From positions 1 to 38,073 of IMG/VR virus record IMGVR_UViG_3300049015_000051: a stretch of DNA of 38,073 nucleotides; one strand, 5' to 3'. The DNA is from a virus (taxonomy: Duplodnaviria > Caudoviricetes). Position 1 is the stretch's first letter, and the number at the start of each line of letters is the position of its first letter. Under the pieces are notes generated by a model. That model saw only the letters and a list, made by a program, of their open reading frames with translations, ran no database searches and was not told the origin of the DNA. A program made the position numbers and the translations under genes. Positions 35,845 to 38,073 of the stretch are shown one piece after another.

Positions 35845-36045
35845 ATGAAAAAATACTTAATACGATATAATGCAGAAGCAATTATGGCTTGTATTGCATT
35901 AGCGCCCGATGCACAAATAACAGGCTTCAGCGAAAATCTAATGGTAACAGATTTAAAAACTGGTATGAGAATGTTAACAAAAGAGGGCTATGATATAAGC
36001 CCGCTATTGGAAGAGTATAACAAGCCTGAAGATCCGCAAGAATAA
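35845..36045 (+). CDS. Hypothetical protein
   Basis: Co-oriented small ORF with an A-rich leader. Confidence 0.6.
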   Translation: MKKYLIRYNAEAIMACIALAPDAQITGFSENLMVTDLKTGMRMLTKEGYDISPLLEEYNKPEDPQE

Positions 36046-36060
36046 TTAAACCCCTTTTAT

Positions 36061-36429
36061 ATGAAAAACGTTTTGGAAAAGTTCAGAAAATGGTTACGAA
36101 AAGAAGGCTATAAGCCACACTATTCTAACTACTATCACATTGTGCTTGGATTGCTATTTGCAGAAGCAACGGCCTGGTGCTTTGATCACAGCATTTACTT
36201 CTTGCCAATGTACTTGTTGGCAGGGTTCGCAGGTGGATTTCTTTGGGATTTCACTTTTGATTGGTGCGCGCAGTACACCGTGGGATGGAAACCCAAAAAC
36301 AGGTTTTTAAAGCTTTTTGCAGGGCCTAAAGACTTTGATTGGCTGGACGTATGGAGTACGGCATTGGGCGGCCTGATTTACGGGATAGCTTATACAGCAA
36401 TTTACCTGTATCTGCAGTTTAATAAATAA
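36061..36429 (+). CDS. Small multi-pass membrane protein
   Basis: About three hydrophobic segments and a DFDWLDVWSTALGG motif. Confidence 0.7.
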   Translation: MKNVLEKFRKWLRKEGYKPHYSNYYHIVLGLLFAEATAWCFDHSIYFLPMYLLAGFAGGFLWDFTFDWCAQYTVGWKPKNRFLKLFAGPKDFDWLDVWSTALGGLIYGIAYTAIYLYLQFNK

Positions 36430-36449
36430 TCTTATGGGAGGCAGGATTT

Positions 36450-36569
36450 AAAAAAAGCCCCCCGACATTAAATACCTCTCACAGTAACTTAATTATAGCA
36501 GCAAAGCCACATCGGGGGACAATAGTCCTTATGGTGTGGCTTTGTTGCGCTAAGATACTGTGAGAGGTA
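36450..36569. ncRNA. Highly structured RNA element / antisense RNA upstream of terminal methyltransferase
   Basis: Perfect 14-bp stem 36473-86/36556-69, 14-bp stem 36498-511/36535-48 (one G-U), inner GGAC-aata-GTCC, and an alternative pairing 36459-65/36512-18. Confidence 0.65.
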
Positions 36570-36600
36570 CAAAGGTAATCATCATCAATCATCAATCAAA
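36570..36600 (-). promoter_or_regulatory. Consensus Bacteroidetes promoter on minus strand
   Basis: Minus strand reads TTTG-N19-TACCTTTG. Confidence 0.7.
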
Positions 36601-36605
36601 ATCGA

Positions 36606-37691
36606 ATGGAATTTAATTATCAATGGTATCTAAAAGATGCCTTATTCCCTAAGAACATGGGAAAAGTGTTTAGTTGTTTTGCCTGTGGTGGCGGTTCAAC
36701 AATGGGCTATAAGTTAGCCGGGTTCGATGTTATAGGCATTAATGAGATAGATAAGCGAATGGCAGATATCTACATCAAGAACCACAATCCCAAATATGCT
36801 TTTATTGAGGGCATACAAACCTTTAAGGATCGCACAGATCTTCCTGCTGAACTGTATCAGTTAGATATCTTGGATGGATCACCACCATGCAGCAGCTTTT
36901 CAATGGCAGGCAACAGGGAAAAGGATTGGGGCAAAAAGAAGAAGTTTGCTGAAGGGCAGGCTGAACAGGTTCTTGATACATTGTTCTATGATTTCATAGA
37001 TCTTGCCGCCAAGCTGCAGCCAAAGGTTGTTGTGGCTGAAAATGTATCAGGAATATTGAAGGGCAATGCAAGGGATTATGTTCGTAAGATCCTTACGGCA
37101 TTTGATAAGGCAGGTTACCTGGTGCAGGAATTTGAACTTGACAGTTCACAGATGGAAGTTCCACAACGCAGGGAACGTGTTTTCTTTATCGCTGTACGCA
37201 AAGATTTAGAACATCTGTTACCAAAGCAACAGGGGCTTCTTTTTTGCGATTTCCCGAAGCTTAACATGAAGTTTGGGCGTTTGCCGATTCCGTTTGATAA
37301 AATACGCTGTGAGGGCTTAAATGATGCCCCTTGGACAGCGCATGATCAAAGTATTTGGGATAGGCGAATCATTGGGGATCGTGGATATGGAACAACCTTA
37401 TTGCGTACTGAAGGCAGGGAAAGCAACTTCAATGCTTCTTATATCTATCCTGATCGTGCAGTTTGCACCATTGCAAGCAGTCAAGGATCTAAGGTTGTTT
37501 TGTTCGATGAACCAAGGCAAATGAACAGTAAAGAACTATTGCTTGCACAATCATTCCCTTTGGATTATGACTTCTTAAGCGATAAATATTCCAAAATAAA
37601 GTATGTTCTTGGAATGAGCGTTCCACCAATAATGATGGCACATTTAGCCAATCGATTATCCAGCGAATGGAATGCAATCTTTAGAGATTAA
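36606..37691 (+). CDS. DNA (cytosine-5) methyltransferase at the Mu mom position
   Basis: FACGGG, GSPPCSSFS, ENV, QRRERVF and QSFPLDY motifs; last gene before the right end. Confidence 0.93.
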   Translation: MEFNYQWYLKDALFPKNMGKVFSCFACGGGSTMGYKLAGFDVIGINEIDKRMADIYIKNHNPKYAFIEGIQTFKDRTDLPAELYQLDILDGSPPCSSFSMAGNREKDWGKKKKFAEGQAEQVLDTLFYDFIDLAAKLQPKVVVAENVSGILKGNARDYVRKILTAFDKAGYLVQEFELDSSQMEVPQRRERVFFIAVRKDLEHLLPKQQGLLFCDFPKLNMKFGRLPIPFDKIRCEGLNDAPWTAHDQSIWDRRIIGDRGYGTTLLRTEGRESNFNASYIYPDRAVCTIASSQGSKVVLFDEPRQMNSKELLLAQSFPLDYDFLSDKYSKIKYVLGMSVPPIMMAHLANRLSSEWNAIFRD

Positions 37692-37753
37692 AGCATCTCA
37701 ATTACACTATAAAAGTACGGAAAAGCATTCAATTACGCAAGCATTTAAAGCAG

Positions 37754-37780
37754 AAAAACCGCCAATTTAGGCGGTTTTTT
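37754..37780. terminator. Bidirectional-type intrinsic terminator
   Basis: AAAAACCGCC-aattta-GGCGGTTTTTT. Confidence 0.88.
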
Positions 37781-37849
37781 CACTTATTTTCAGGCAGTTT
37801 AAAGACTGTTGAAACGGTAATTAAATTCTGTTATCTTTGTGCAAAAAAG

Positions 37850-37895
37850 GTACATTTTGAATTACAAAATGGTACTTTTTGTTTTCGCGATTATA
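37850..37895 (-). repeat. Right end (attR-like) with two tandem putative transposase sites
   Basis: Reverse complement TAT-AATCGCG-AAAACAAAAAGTAC-N8-AATTCAAAATGTAC; 22-bp period; matches the left-end motif. Confidence 0.8.
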
Positions 37896-37899
37896 GAAG
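37896..37899 (+). repeat. Target-site duplication GAAG, right copy
   Basis: Identical to 124-127. Confidence 0.9.
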
Positions 37900-38073
37900 G
37901 TGCTACCCTTGGTGTGGATTATGGTAAAGATGCAAGGAGGTTTGCTAGCCCTAACCTTTCACTTTATTCAGTAGTGGGAGAGGACAGCTTTACGATACAG
38001 TCAAGGCCGGCATTTGAAGATACCGATGTTGTGCCAATGGGCTACAATGTGAATACTGCCGGAACGTATACTA
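37896..38073 (+). pseudogene. 3' continuation of interrupted host gene
   Basis: EGATLGVDYGKDARRFASPNLSLYSVVGEDSFTIQSRPAFEDTDVVPMGYNVNTAGTYT is open and in frame with the left flank after excision. Confidence 0.75.

Larger units (their letters stand above)
128..37895. mobile_element. Complete Mu-like transposable prophage with contractile tail
   Basis: Transposase plus MuB-like ATPase, Mu-type portal/MuF/gp36, full head and tail modules, matching end motifs, and a TSD inside a host gene. Confidence 0.95.

Noticed and set aside
32072-36429. Invertible G-segment or diversity-generating retroelement
   Set aside because: No invertase, reverse transcriptase, flanking inverted repeats or template/variable repeat pair was seen.
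128-37895. Apparent scarcity of CTAG
   Set aside because: It was not counted, and CTAG avoidance is widespread in bacteria, so it is uninformative without statistics.

Overview
The window is almost entirely one apparently intact ~37.8 kb Mu-like (transposable) contractile-tailed prophage, 128..37895, in a Bacteroidetes host. A Flavobacterium-like host is inferred from the TAnnTTTG promoters and the flanking gene. The prophage sits inside a host gene whose halves rejoin in frame (...FSQTSIAYA-E-GATLGVDYGKDA...). This gives a 4-bp target duplication (GAAG) and 5'-TAT...ATA-3' termini, instead of Mu's 5 bp and TG...CA. Gene order: repressor/Ner switch; transposase, MuB-like and second ATPase; early accessory genes with two methyltransferases; a moron; an unlisted Mor/C-like activator; a leftward terminase-portal-MuF operon; a rightward head, lysis and tail operon (with a -1 frameshift chaperone and an LRR protein); and a third methyltransferase at the Mu mom position. 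The most interesting features are a MuF-CdiA-type nuclease with no immunity ORF but a candidate antisense small RNA, a highly structured RNA with an antisense promoter before the terminal methyltransferase, a C5 methyltransferase with seven tandem TRD-like repeats, the non-canonical ends, and signal-peptide-like leaders on both capsid protein and head protease. All family calls come from motif recognition and synteny; no database searches were run.
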